A stretch of 64,000 nucleotides of DNA from Trichodelitschia bisporula (lineage: Eukaryota): positions 1,308,174-1,372,173 of the forward strand of contig ML996691.1 of assembly GCA_010356995.1 (NCBI GenBank). Direction: 5' to 3'. The notes beneath the pieces were generated by a model that worked only from the letters and a program-made list of their open reading frames with translations, was not told the origin of the DNA and did no database searches. Of this stretch, positions 1 through 13,484 are shown one piece after another (positions within the stretch are counted from its first letter, which is position 1; each line of letters starts with the position of its first letter). A program made the translations under genes and the position numbers.

Positions 1-136
1 TGTTGCATTTCCGATTAAACCGCTGGGCTACGGTCATAAGCGTAGCGATACACCACTGCATAACTCCAACCACCCATTAGGACAAGCCGGACCGAACATT
101 CCATCAAATACCCACCAACCCCATTATGCCGCAAAC

Positions 137-3100
137 CTACGCCCACATGCGCGTGAACTTCTCATCGAAACTGGCCTTCAACTGCGTGAACGCCTGGAGC
201 ACCTTTGGAAGTCCCTGCAAGTCGATATGTATCGTCTCCGCTGGCGTCGTCCGGTTCTGACTGGACCGCGTGCCTTCTCCTGTGGACGACTCCATGACCG
301 CCGCAGCATCATCGCTCTCACCCTCGTCATCCGACGACGACCCCGACGTCTCCGGCGTGCTCTTCGCAAGCACTTCATTTTCCTCTTGCGTCACTCGCTC
401 ATCCTCAACGCCCACAACGTCCTCCATACCTTCATCCGGCCGCGCCGTTTCATCCAAGATATTAGCGATGCTAGTCACAATAGTGGCCAGCACGAGCGAA
501 AAATCGGCCAGTGCGTACCAGACATCGCTTCTACGTATGCCATTTGCAACCTCCAGCTCCTTGACGGAGCCGTGCTTGTAGAAGTCGTACAGGTACGCGT
601 TGAGCGGCTCCGACTTCTCAACTGGGAGATACGGCACCACCGCCTCCTCAAGGAACACGCCCCCGCGCACCGTGCTACATAACTCAGCGATGCTGCCGAA
701 TTCGTCTCCGTGGCCAGAGAGCGCGACGAAAGCTGAGCGGACTGTGGGTGCGGGGAGCGTCCCCGGCGTCGCTGGGCCGCCGGACCCACCAACCGCCACG
801 CCCGTCAGCGGCAGCGCAACGTCCGGAGACTTCAAATGCTGCTCCGCGAATGTTCGCACGTATGCTACAAACACGGCGAGCGTATCGGCGTTGTGCGCAG
901 CGATGACATCTTGGGCAGGGACCGGGAGGGGCGGGAGGAAAACAACGGAGGACGAGCGGTGCACGACCTTGTCGATGAACTCGGAGTCGGCTTGGCGGGC
1001 CGGGCGCTGACCAAACAGGTGCGCCATCACGAGCATCAGCGTCCGACACGTGCTTTGCGGCTTGGTGTCGATGTCGGCGCACAGCTTGTGCAGGTAGCCG
1101 CTGCTGAGCAGCGCGTGGAAGACCCAGGCGCTACCCTCAGTGTAATATAAATGAGATACGCAGCCAGCGAAGTTGATCGGCACGCCTCGCGCGTCGAGGA
1201 GGTATTGGCGGCGCAGGTACTCGATAGAGAAGCGCAGGTGGTGGAGAACGGCTGCGCGTGAGTCCCCGGAGCCCAGATACAGGCACGGTTGCGAGAGGAT
1301 GGCATTTATCGTCTGGTTCGCGTACGGCGAGTTGCCCGACCCATGGAGCAGGACCGCGAGGCGGAGCACCATCGATGTCGTAATCGGGAAGTGGCCGCTC
1401 AGATCGGGGAGCCGCGAGCCGATGAGCCGGAACACCTTAACGGTCGGAACACAGAGGAACACGACGTTTCCGAGGACGTCGAAGCTGCGACGGCCGGCAC
1501 GCCCGGCACACTGCCGGAAGTTGAGCGCCGTCAAGAAGACCGAGTCGCCAGCAAACATGACTGTCTTGCACGGCATGTTGATACCAAGAGCGAGGGTACC
1601 GGTCGCGATGATAACGCGGAGGAAGCCCTTGCGGAAGAGGACCTCCACGATAATCCGATACTTGCGGTTCATACCGGAGTGATGGATGCCTATACCGCGC
1701 TCAAGGGCTTCGATGAGCCATTTGCTCACCTTTCGCCCGCGCAGTTCCGCTTGGTATTGCGCCAGCTCCGACGGGGCAAGCTTCTTGACGTCCACGAAGT
1801 GGAAACCATTGAGCGGAGCCTTCGGGTTGAAGCACGCCCACTTGCTCTCTCTCAGCCCGACGCCCTCGCGTTTATCCTCCTTTGCCGATGGCTTTTCACC
1901 TTCTTCGTCTCGGCCCTTGACCTTCTTCGGGGCCTTGGCCTTTTTGACGCGAGCCGTCGCGGCTTCCTGCTCCCGCAAATACTCAGCATAGTCAGCCATT
2001 TCCTTTTTCCAGATCGGGCTGGTTTCTTTCCAGAGCTCTTCTTTCATTTTCAGCTCGTCTATGATGGTCCTGGCCAACTGCTCACAATGGGTCCGGTCCC
2101 AGTTGAAGACAATACAAGGGAGTGCGCCCTTGGCGTGCAAGTCCGCGAGGGCAGGGAGTATCGTGGACTTTAGCGATTCAGCGTGCACTTCACGGGCCTC
2201 GCATTTGGCATTGCAGTTGTGCTTTGTCGCAAGGACATCTCGCCGAGCAGGACAGTCGAGTTCCTTGCCCAGTTCGTTGCGCACGGTCTCGAACGGGGAG
2301 GCATGGTCTGCTATCCACTGCGCAAGCACGGCCTTCAGCCCGGCCTCCCATTTGAGCACGTCGACCTTCTTGATCACGCTCGGAAGGGCGCGTTTGGGAT
2401 GGAGATTGGAAGGTAGAGGGTATTTCTCGGTCTGATGCTTCGCCATGCAGTTCCAAAGCCGGAGGCAGTCACGACCTTCCAGGCTCAGATCGTTTGGCAT
2501 GGTGCGCGATTTGTTCGCTAAGGAGGCGACCGGGTGGACGAGGGAGAAGCCTTCCCTGTCATCCAGACCAGGAGTGTGGATGCGAGGGGCGTCTGGCAGA
2601 CCAGAGAAGCAGAACGTCTTTGGCGGGACGTAGATGAATTTCCGCAGATCCGAGTATCGGCTATGGTGCTGGACGGTGGTGAGCTTCATTCCGTTCGCCT
2701 CCTGGGTCGAGCTAAGCCAGTCGCCAAACTCCTTCGGGTTGCCCACCGTGGCAGAAAGTGCGATTATCGGACATGGGGCCTGCAAGAGCAACTGTTGCCA
2801 TATCAGGCCATCCTCCGCCTGCCCGATGCAGTGGACTTCATCGAAGATGATCCGCTTAACGCGGCATGACCATGAGGACGCCTTCTGTGCATGAACAGGA
2901 GAAAGCAGCATAATTTGGAGAATGTGAGGGACAGTCACCAGAATCTGGCATGTTGAAGGATCATTGACGCGGAAGTCCCGGGTATGAATACCCCAAACCG
3001 AGCGACCAGCATGCTTGTACTTCTTTGAGAACTGCGCCTGGATCTCAGCTGCGATCTGGTTGACAAGAGCCTTGGTTGGTGCCACGTATACGACAATGCC

Positions 3101-5756
3101 GTCATCAGAACCCTTCAAGACCTTCTTCATCGCGTAGAACGAGATGAAGGTCTTACCCGCGCTGGTCGGCGCAACGACGAGCAAACTCTCGTCTCTGTCG
3201 ATTGCGTCGAGCACCTTGCGCTGCCACGCATCAGGGTTGAACGGCACGCGGTCATCCGGCGCCGAGTCAATGTTCCGATCAAAATACGGCCCACAGTGCT
3301 CCAGCTGGAAGTCGACCGGGCTTCCAGGAATGGAAAGGCTACCTGGCACACTCGTTCCGTAACAGAGGAAGGCCAACGGACGATCGGGAGAGCTGCTCTC
3401 GAACTTGATCGCGGAAAAACCGAGCTCCTTTGAAATCTTCTCTAAAGCGGCAACAACCGTCGTTGTCATTCCCGCCCGAACTTTCGAGAGTCGAAGGAAA
3501 GCGTCCCAGATCAAAGCCGGGATACCCAGTCCACTATCGGCATCATTGAGCTTGCGCTCAGTAGCCCAGATCCGAAGCAGGCAGTCGATGGCAAACAGCT
3601 CGATTTCCGGAATCAGAAGATCACCCGCAGGGATACTCCGCAGATGCGCGCGTGCTGCAACATAGCGAAGTTGCGGGTCCTTTTGCAGCATGATGTGTTT
3701 GCACGTCTCCTTCCAGAAGCTGGCGTTGATGTCCGCGCGCGCCTGGTCCTTGCCAGCTTTGACCGCCGCGGCAGCCTCAAGGGCGGCTGCCTTGCCGCCC
3801 TTCTTCGTTGGGCCAGGCTTTTTGCTGTTCTTGGAGGGCTGCCCCTTCTTGTTCTCTTTTCCGGTTGGCTTTCGCGTTTTGGTCGGCTGGACGGCCGGCC
3901 CAGAGCTCGAGCTATCGGACTCAGTGCTTGAGACCGCAACGACGGTCTCGGGCTCCATCATCTTTCCAGATGCATTCATCAAGCTCGCGGCGTAGGCTTG
4001 CATTTCGGCCAGGAAACGTTGGTTTCGCCGGCGAGCCCACTTGTCGTCTACCTTCGGGGGCCCCTTGACGGCCAAGGCCTTCTTGTGGTTGTGCCAATGC
4101 GTCAACTCCAGGAAGATCTTCGCCTGATCCAATGTTATGTGCGGTATCTGCTCGTCATCGACTCGGAGAATGACTGGCGCGAGGTGTTTGTTGAACACGG
4201 GGTTTTTGAACGGCAGGATCGCGTACTCGTCGGATTTGGGCGACGTATCGGTGTCTACTGCGGTATCTGCTCTAGCTGCCGTTTTTGGAGGTGTGATCCT
4301 CGCGATGTTCTGACGCACGACGCCCGAGAGCATCTCGCCCAAAGCCTCGAATTTGGCCTTCACCGCGTCGTGGGCTAGCAGCGCTGAGCAAAACTCGTCA
4401 TTGTCCATGATGAATGCCATCAGCCGCCCATCGACAAAATCCACTAAATTGAACGGACCCTTTTCAAAGTCGAGCCAATAGTGAAATCCGTCAGAGCGAA
4501 GAAGCGATGTCACCTCTGTGCTGAACCTGGAAAGCAAGCTGCATATCCAGATAGGATATTTCGGCATCGGAAATCGACGGCTTCTCAATGGGAGGAAGCT
4601 GATCGCTGATGTGTGCAAGAGCATCAACCGGGCTTCCCCGTGCTTCATGCTGCCACGAGACAGTGCGTTGTTGAGAGCGTAGACCGTCACTTGTTCCCGC
4701 ACAGAGAGCTTTTCGGCAGCCGGAAGGGTATGAAGCGGCGCTACGTGCTCAGTCGGCTTGGTGGTATAAAAGGCGGAGAACCTGGTGCTGGCTTCCACCC
4801 GCTCAAACTCGAGGACAACGGACCACGCCTATCACAGATTAGTATGGATAGACATTTGTACCCCGGGGGATATCCTACCTTTGTGTCTACGAACGTCAAC
4901 TCATTGATCAAGGCGACGTTGTACTGCTTCGCGATGAACCACGAGATCATCGCGCGGAAGGCTATCTTGCCCTCGACATCCGAAGGTGGCGGGCGCGCCC
5001 TGCGTGGCCTCTCTTCGGACTCATCTTTGGGCGGAGGCGGCAACGACGAAGTCTTATCCACTGTATTGACGGGATTCTCGACTTCTTCTTCCACAAACGG
5101 CCATTTGGTATCGTGAAAATCCCGGGGGATAGCACGTCCAGCACTGTTCCATACGGACGGAGGCGGCTTGCTCCGATAGTCCTCGGGCTTTCCAGGGTTC
5201 GCGTCACACTGTGCGGAACTGCTTACGGCCCCGTCGTGGCACATGACGAAGTACGTGTCCGTGTCCTGAAGATACTGGGCAAACACAGCATCGGTGAATG
5301 CGCCAAAAGTATGCAAGCTGATTCCAGAGCCGGAGGAGGAAAGTGTACGCTGTAGGTGACGATAGATGATCCAACGCGCCAGAATGTACTTTGGGCGGTC
5401 GCGCCTATGGGCCATGGGTGGAACGCAGAGACCTTCGTTCTGCTCGAAGCACACGATGTTGAAGTTGCATTTCCGAGACACGAGGTCGCGAAGCAGTTTC
5501 TCGACGATGTACGCCGCATGGAGGATTTGACAGCCATCTATCGATGTTAGCGGGTCTCAAGGCTTATGGTGGCGAGGCTGGGGAGATACACACCACTGAA
5601 GTCGAGACTCGTGTTGCTGAAGCAATGGAGGAGCAAAGAGTCAAGCTCGATGAGGCACAGCTCGCTCCCAGCGAAGTCGCCGACGAGGTCGACGCGCCTC
5701 GTCCTGATGGTCTGATACCACTGCAGCACGGGGTTCTCACAAACAAAGGGCTCCAT
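137..5756 (-). CDS. DDX60-like Ski2-family DExH-box RNA helicase (~1837 aa); exons 5756-5594, 5537-4879, 4828-137
   Basis: Motifs APTSAGKT, YVAPTKAL, DEVH, SAT, GIGIHHSGM, ATGTLALGINMP, QCAGRAGRR. N-terminal VDLVGDFAGSE..DSLLLHCF block is typical of DDX60-like proteins. Introns 5538-5593 (GTGTGT..GCTAAC..TAG) and 4829-4878 (GTAGGA..CTAAT..TAG) join the frames into 1838 codons. Confidence 0.9.
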
Positions 5757-6504
5757 CGATGAAGACTACGATTACCGAGATCGGGGGTTGTGAAATAGCA
5801 CAGAGATGATGAGGAAGAGTGTTGAGGACGAGTGTTGGAAAAGTGTGGGTGGAGAAGAAGTGTTTCTTCGCTAGCAATCGGGCTTCAGTCCTTGGCCACG
5901 CTGTGTCCGCGTGAGGGACGGAAGGAACCAGCGTTTACACCCACGGCCTTCCGCATCCGTTTGCTCGCGCGTGCTTGCTCGTGAGCCTTGGCTCAGTCCA
6001 AGGCATGGACAGGGCCGTGTCACGGCGTGCGCGCTGAACCGGTGGGGGCTTGGCCGTACAGCCTTGCCTATCCTCGTTCAGCCTTGCTCCGCGCTCACCG
6101 GCGGTTTCTGCTTAAGATATGGACTCCGAGGCGAACTGCGGGGAAAAGCAAGCGTGTGTCTGACTGGCTACTGTATCTGCGATCGAAGGCTCTAGACTAA
6201 AGGGCGCAGCATTATCTCGGATGTGGGAAGCTGCATTTGTGCGGTGCAGGGCGGTAGTGGCCCGTTTCCTATCACTGCTATGCTTTTCGAAGCTCCGCGA
6301 AGCGACTCCGGAGGCGCCTCTGATTGCGTGGATGGACGTGGGGAGACGGCGATGGGGTGGAAGTTGCGGGAATCTGTTTGTCTGAAAACAATTATCTGCA
6401 TCGTGCCGTACGTACTTGCCGTTGATACGGCAAGGCCCTCAGTCTCCGGTCAAGGGTTACCCGAGAAAAACATGGCCACTTCCTTCCCATCCTGTGTGTG
6501 CTTC

Positions 6505-7110
6505 ATCTCGCAACATCCACCCAGCATCACATAGGGTCCACTTTCCAACCTACAAATGGCTTAGAAACAGTGCGATTGATTGAAGATACGGAGTGCACAT
6601 CTACCATGGCCAATCCCTCTTTCCGAGCAAGTGCTCGCTCGCCGTCGTTGTATTTTTCAACGAGGCCTGGCGATGACCTTTGAGCCGAACGGCCCTGTAT
6701 CTATACTTTTGAATCATCCCTAGTCGCTAAGCACGCCGTTGAATTTGACGGCGACCGCTTTGACATTCTGTACGACCAGGGCACAGTTGCGGCATATGTC
6801 GTAGAAGGCGCAGATAAGTAGATCGTCCTTGTAGTCGAGTTCCTTACGGTTCGAGCGGGGTGCGAGCGCTTGGGTAGAATGCTACCATTGGCTTTGTTCT
6901 TGAGTCGATAAGCGATATAAATATAGCTATTGTCCCAATGCGAGCGGAGCAAGCCCGAACATGGTGCGATTAGATGAGGGATCCGGACATGCCAAGACTG
7001 GTGAATAACTGAGATCGCCGAAGGGTAAAGTCGCGGCCGCGCGTTCTGTGGAATCGCCTAGTCTAGCAAGCCGCGACTTTTCCTGGGCGCCGCTTGTCCC
7101 GAAGAGGGCA
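6505..7110 (-). pseudogene. Internally deleted copy of a decayed gene/element, paralogous to 19565-21195
   Basis: Colinear blocks shared with the 19.6-21.2 kb copy: caacctacaaatggct, cgagcaagtgctc, gtcgctaagcacgccgttgaatt, gctattgtcccaatgcgagcgg, gtaaagtcgcggccgcgcg, gtcccgaagag. No intact ORF. Strand is inferred from residual protein-like frames. Confidence 0.7.
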
Positions 7111-7251
7111 ACAGCTCAACCTCACGTCCACAATTAGCGCCCATTTTGCCACACTGAATCGTTTAATCCTGCCACGAGTCTCGAGCAGCCCAAATGATCG
7201 TTCTTCTTGTGCAATAGTCTATCGCTAGATATCCGTTCTCCTTCCGCAAAT

Positions 7252-9988
7252 ATGGAGGACAAGGATTTCCACCATCCGTACACGCCGTACCCGATTCAGC
7301 GCCAGTTGATGGCGGCGCTGTACGAGTGTATCGAGGAGGGTAAGGTCGGGATTTTTGAGTCGCCGACTGGTAAGTGTACTCCATGGCTGGCGTCTTAAGA
7401 TGCTGATTTTGCAGGAACGGTATGATTCACGCCCGTTTGCCGGACGGGGCGCTGACGTAAAAGGGCAAATCGCTCAGCCTGATCTGCGGCTCGCTCACAT
7501 GGCTGCGGGAGCACAAGCGCAAAATGTTCGATGACAGTTTGCAGGGCAAGGATCAAGGTATGGCTGCACATCTTGATAAAGTTGTCGCTCACACTAATAG
7601 ACGATGAGCCGGACTGGATGCTCGAGTACGAGCGCAAGGAGAAGCGGAGGAAGGCGCTGCAGAATCGGCGGGATTTGGAGGGGCGTCTTGCGCGTATCCG
7701 CGAGAAGGAGAAGAAGGTGCGGCTGAGGTACGAGCGGGGTGAGCCGGAGGGGAAGAGACGGGTAGGTCGCTAGATGGTAGGCGAGCGCTTTCTGACCTGG
7801 GTAGAGAACGGCGAAGGATGATGATGCGGGACCGGCTGGTGAGGACCAGTTTGTGCTCGATGAGTATGAGAGCGATGAGGAGACGCGGAGTCGCAAACCT
7901 GCGGACGCGGCCGATTATCTCTCTGCGGAAACACTCGCCCTCATGAAGAAGCTGAATATGCCGCTGGGAGGACCGGCGGCAGAGGAAGACGACGACGTGG
8001 ATGAGTTGAAGGTGTTTTACTGCTCCAGGACTCACTCCCAGCTCTCACAGTTTGCGAACGAATTGCGGCGGGTCAAGCTGCCGCCGGCTATCGAGCCGGA
8101 GCCCGGCGAACCCGAGCTCTCGGAGGAGCTGAAGCATCTGACGCTGGGTTCGAGGAAGAACCTTTGCATCAACCCCAAGGTGAACCGCCTTGGGAGTGCG
8201 GTTGCTATCAACGAAAGGTGTATCGAGCTGCAGAAGCCGGGCCTGGCGGCAGACAAGAAGTGCCCCCATCTCCCGACCAAGGACAACGAGGCGCTGGTGC
8301 ACGACTTCAAGGACCACGCTCTAGCCAAGATTCGCGATATCGAAGACCTGGGCGAGTTGGGCAAGAAGATAAGCATCTGCCCATACTACGCCTCTCGCTC
8401 GACCATCAAGCCTTGCGAGATCGTCACGCTCCCCTATCCGCTCCTCCTGCAAAAGTCCGCCCGGGAAGCCCTAGGCCTATCACTGAAGAACCACATCATT
8501 ATCATCGACGAAGCGCACAACCTCATGGACGCCATCGTCGGCATCCACTCCGTCTCCGTCTCGCTGCAACAACTCACCCGCGGCCGCATGCAGCTCATGG
8601 TGTACGCTGCAAAGTTCCGCAATAGACTCAAGGGCAAGAACAGAGTCTACGTCACGCAGGCCATCCGGCTCATCGACTCGCTGCTCAAGTACCTGCAGAA
8701 GGAGGCCGCGCGCGACAAGCCCGAGCCGGAGTCTATCGTCAACGTCGCCGACCTCATGGCCGGCAACGGCGTCGACCAAATCAACCTCTACAAGCTAGCC
8801 CGCTACCTGCAAGAGAGTAAGCTGGCGCGCAAAGTCGACGGCTACACCGACTTCGCCGAGAACGATGCTGCGCAAACAAAAGCCAAACCGGTACCCACGA
8901 AGGATACACCCGAACCCACCGTCCCCGTCCTAACACACATCCAATCCTTCCTCCTCGCCCTCATGAACCCCTCCGCCGAAGGCCGCTTCTTCACCGCCCT
9001 AACCGAGGAAAAGGACATACTCCTAAAATACATGCTCCTCGACCCCACGCACCACTTCCACGACGTCGTCTCGGACGCGCGCGCCGTCATCCTAGCCGGC
9101 GGAACCATGTCCCCCATGTCCGACTTCAAGTCTCATCTCTTCCCCTACCTACCCCCCGAGCGCATATCCACCCTGTCATGCGGACACGTCATCCCCCCGC
9201 GCAACCTCTTCGCCTGGCCCGTCACCGAGGACGCGACCCGCGCCCCCTTCGCTCTGACCTTCGAATCCCGCGGTGCCCCGGCGACTATCGCGCGCATCGG
9301 CGCCACGCTCCTGGCCCTTCTGCGCGAAGTCCCGGACGGCGTCGTCGTTTTCTTCCCCAGCTACGGCTACCTGGACACGTGCGTGAAGGCGTGGCGCCGC
9401 ACGGCCGGCGGGTCCCCGCTGTGGGACCAGCTCGTCGCGGTCAAGCCCGCGTTCGTAGACCCGGGAAAGGCGAGTCCAGGCGCGCCGTCGCTCGACGCGC
9501 TGCTGTCGGCGTACGGGTCCGCGATCGCAAGTGGCCGCGGCGCGGTGCTCCTATCCGTGATGAGCGGATCGCTATCAGAGGGTATAAACTTCGCGGACGC
9601 GCTGGGGCGCGCAGTCGTCGTCATTGGTATGCCGTATCCCAATCCTCACACTGCGGAGTGGAAGGCGAAGAGCGCGTATATAGCGCAAAAGACGGATGCG
9701 ATGAGGAAGGATACTGGGACGGGCCCGAACGGGAAGGAGGCAGCGCGCGAGTTCTACGAGAACGCGACGATGAGGGCTGTGAACCAGGCTATCGGGCGGG
9801 CGATACGGCATCGCAATGACTACGCGGCGATACTGCTGCTTGACCAGCGGTATGGGACGGAGAGAGTGCGGAGTAAGTTGCCGGGGTGGATTAGGGGGGG
9901 GATGCGCGCGCCGGGTAAGTTTGGGGAGGGGGTGGAGGGGTTGAGGGGTTTCTTTGCTGAGCATAGGAGGGATGCAGAGGGGGGGTGA
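7252..9988 (+). CDS. CHL1: Chl1/DDX11 Fe-S DNA helicase; exons 7252-7369, 7415-7419, 7464-7557, 7601-7761, 7805-9988
   Basis: [11 protein letters not shown] start, spliced [15 protein letters not shown]alker [63 protein letters not shown]. Four 43-45 nt introns. Confidence 0.95.
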
Positions 9989-11309
9989 ATGGGGGTGTGA
10001 ATGATGGAGAGAGTCATAGACCATCATTGTATGCAGACTGCAACGCCGTAGCCTCGACACACACCTACAACCGCATCCCCACCATCAGCCTGCCACGTGA
10101 CTCAAGTTTTATACGGCAGGAAGGCTGGTCTAAGTCCTCTACCCGTACCTGATGCTGTATTCCGGCAGCGACACCATATCCCGTCACCGAAGCTCTGCCA
10201 CCCTAGCCATTTCGCGAGGGTCCAAAAAGCGTAGTCTTCGAAGCTCTGGCAGCCGTCAACCTTCCACCTACTCCGTACATCAAAAACAGTTCCAATCCTG
10301 ATGGCAACGTTAGAAAGACGAAATACATCACCATGCGCCCGAAACCCCGTCCGCTCGGATGCGTTCTTCTGGCCTCGGTCCATCGTGGTACTGGCATCTG
10401 CGCCCTCGAGCAGCTTGTCCAGCAACTACACTTTCGCTCAAGATTTCTAGCTGGAATACCCGAGATATCAGACATGATACTGGCAAATACGGATGTACTC
10501 CCCGCTGAATCGGCTCACACGAATCGGCCTCGCGACCTGCAGCCTCCCGCTCCGGGGCCCAGCCTCCCATCGGACCGCCTTTTGTGCCACCACATAATTC
10601 CGCTTTTACCTTTCCCTTTCACCTCCGCTGTAAGGGCGGAGGTGGTTCAGCTCTGGAATCATGGACGTCTCCGGACGTCCATCTCCTGCGTTCGAATCGG
10701 CAGTCACTCTTCTTCTTAAGATGTGACTAATCACCACTCAACCACCACACCCCCGAAATATCCGTAAAAATCCGCTTGCGGGTTTTTCGTACCTCCGTGA
10801 CGCAAATGAGCTGAGGCAGAGGGAGCTTTTTGCGTCGTGGATGCTGTGGTGGAGCTCTTTTTTTTGCGAATTGAAACTTTTGTTGCTGGATGGGTTGCGA
10901 CGTCTGTCGTTGGGAGGTGGGGCGGAAAGTTAGTGCTGATGGTTGTTGGTGGCTGGCGGGGGACTACGGCTGCGACTTTTTCGATTCCGCGGACGCTGCG
11001 GATCCCTACTTCCGCTGCCTCAACGCGCTAATGAGACGCCGTCTGGCCGTACTTGCATTCAGGGCTCTGCGAAAAAGTCACCACCGTCCTCTGGGCTGTT
11101 GTGCAGTGTCGGGGCGGCCGCGACTTTTCTCTCCACCCTACCTACCTAGCACTCAGCATCTGGGAGCAGGCCAGCAAAGAACAAGAACCATTCGTGACAA
11201 GGTGACAAACTTCATTTTGCCTCGTACCTAGGTATCCCCGCCCATCCCAAACCCTTTTCAGTATCCCCAGGTATCTACAGTACACAAAATACCCCCCATC
11301 ACACCATCG

Positions 11310-13441
11310 CTACTCAAACTCCGGCCCACTTGTCATAACATGCCTCCGCGCCATATTAAGCATCTGATCCTCGCTCAGTCCAAAGTTCTTCCCTATGTGA
11401 TACAGCCGGAACAGGAGCCACTGCTTCTGCTTATCCGGAATGCAGGGTATCTTCTTCGTGACGAAGAGCGGCCACACGGCGTAATACGCGCCGAGGGCTT
11501 TTATCGCTGCTCGTCGTCAGTACGCACTCGTCCTAAGAACAGGGGTATGGCGGAAACTTACACTCCTCATCCTGCCCCCGCGCGTTCTCGCGGGACTTGA
11601 GATCGAAGCCGAGGAGGAAGGGGATAGTGCTGCAGAAATCATCCACCATCTGCCGCGTAACGTGCACCGCCTGCGCGCTGATGCGCTCAATCTGCTCCGT
11701 GCGCGCGTGGGGCGGTAATGCGGCTATGCAGCCTAGTATCACGGCCTGGCAGAAGATGCGGCTCACGCGATAATCATCCCAGATATTGGCCATGCTCAGG
11801 TCGCCATACACATGCACGGGCCCCGTCCAGAACTCCGCGGTTCTGAGATCGTCGGGCTCGGAGTCGCACACGAGTTTGATCCGGCATTGCCAGCAGGCCG
11901 GGAGTGTGAGCGCCCAGTGCTCAAGCTCGGAGTCTATATCTTTGGCTGTGCGGATTAGGGTCATCATGTCGATGACCGTGGAAGAGGTCTTGTCCCGTGC
12001 GAGCAGGTCCTGCGCGTAGTACTTTATGTTTGGTAGGTTGAGACAGATGACCGTGAGCCGGTTTGCGGCGTTGAGGCCCTGGTCTTCGTCGCAGCGCCAG
12101 TTGCCCGCCGCGGGGAAGTCTTCGATTGTTTTGCCCTGCTGGATGCTGGACGTGAGCATCGTGGCGCGCACGGCGCGGAACAGATGGAGCGATTCCGGGT
12201 TGCGGAGTTGGTCGGGCCCGCGCAGTTTCACGAGCGTGACGGCGCCGTTGATGTGCCGCGTCCAGGCGGTGCGGGAGTCGTCGGTGGATGTTATTGCCTG
12301 CTCATCAGCGCTGGTCCCTGGGATCAAGGACAGGATAACTACCTCGTAGAGAGAGAAGAGCATTATTGACATGAGCAGCTCGTCGGATCTTGATGTCTCG
12401 GGATCGCGGATGGAGGCGCCGACTTCCCGTAGCGCTTTGCCGTAGGCTTTATGCGCTTCTATGCGTAATCCTGTTGATTTGGAGTAGTTGCTGATGGCGG
12501 CGAGGGCCACGGCCTGCGTGGCTCTGTGCAGCAGCGAGTTCGCGGAGGCGCGCTTGTACATCGGCATCAGGATCTCCATGTATCCGCGCATGCTGTCGCC
12601 GTGCCGCGGAATAGAGATATAATTTTTCATAAAGAAGGCCGTTGCTGATATTTCTCGTAGCTGCGGCGACTCGAGACTTCCCGGCCGGAATAATAGTTGT
12701 GCAAACGTCATGGGCGCTTTTCCCGCGCTAACGGACTCGGGCGCCGTGACGAGCGCGGCCTCGCTCTCTTCATCCTGACTTCGCGGTTCATCGACGCTTC
12801 GCACGATGACGGGGCTGGATTGGGAGAAGAGCGGGCTTTCGAGGTAGGACTCGGTGGCGGGGACGCTGCTGACCGTGTCACTCAACGCTGGTGCCGAGAA
12901 AGTTTCGATGTCGAGCCAGTCCGTCGTGGGACTGGTGTCGGTGTCCCATATCAAGACGGGTTCTGTAGGCGTTGAGGGAGATTTTCTAGCGCCATCAGCC
13001 TTCCGTACCGGGGAAATTTAAGCTTAAACCGCTGGTCGTGGATCGTTCAGACCCCTTGCGGCGAAGTTACATACCGGCTGCTGACGGACTTGGGACTGCT
13101 TTTGTGTGTTGAAGAGGAGAGCGCACGCTGAGCTCGCCGTTTCACAGCTGCCGTCTCGTTGCGGAAGATGAGGTCGAATTCGTCAGGGTAGCCGGGGCAC
13201 ACGCGGTTGGATTTGCGGCACTGCGTACATGTTGGCCGCACCTCGTCACACTACTGATCATTAGCCGCAGTGGCAGGCAGCATGGCATGGGATGTGCACC
13301 TTGATGCGCCTCGTCTTGCAGTTCTGGCAGCCACGACTTGGCTTCCCCTACATGCGGGCTTTAGCAAGGCTTCACATAGTAGTACCGCTTATAAGAATAG
13401 AAAGCGGGGCAGCCTCGGAGTCAACTCACGCAGTAAACCAT
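11310..13441 (-). CDS. Zn(II)2Cys6 fungal transcription factor; exons 13441-13430, 13347-13300, 13250-13075, 12985-12343, 12297-11562, 11506-11310
   Basis: Spliced N-terminus MVYCGKPSRGCQNCKTRRIKCDEVRPTCTQCRKSNRVCPGY followed by FRNET. Middle homology region LFSLYE..W..HI.GA..LVKLRG. All five introns have GT..branch..AG. Confidence 0.9.
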
Positions 13442-13444
13442 GAT

Positions 13445-13447
<3 letters not shown>

Positions 13448-13483
<36 letters not shown>
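13448..13483. repeat. (CAG)12/(CTG)12 microsatellite ending 6 nt upstream of the TF start codon
   Basis: Twelve perfect CAG units read directly. Confidence 0.95.

Positions 13484-13484
<1 letters not shown>

Noticed and set aside
10102..10570. Short minus-strand ORFs downstream of CHL1
   Set aside because: Non-ATG starts, stops between fragments and no recognisable domain.
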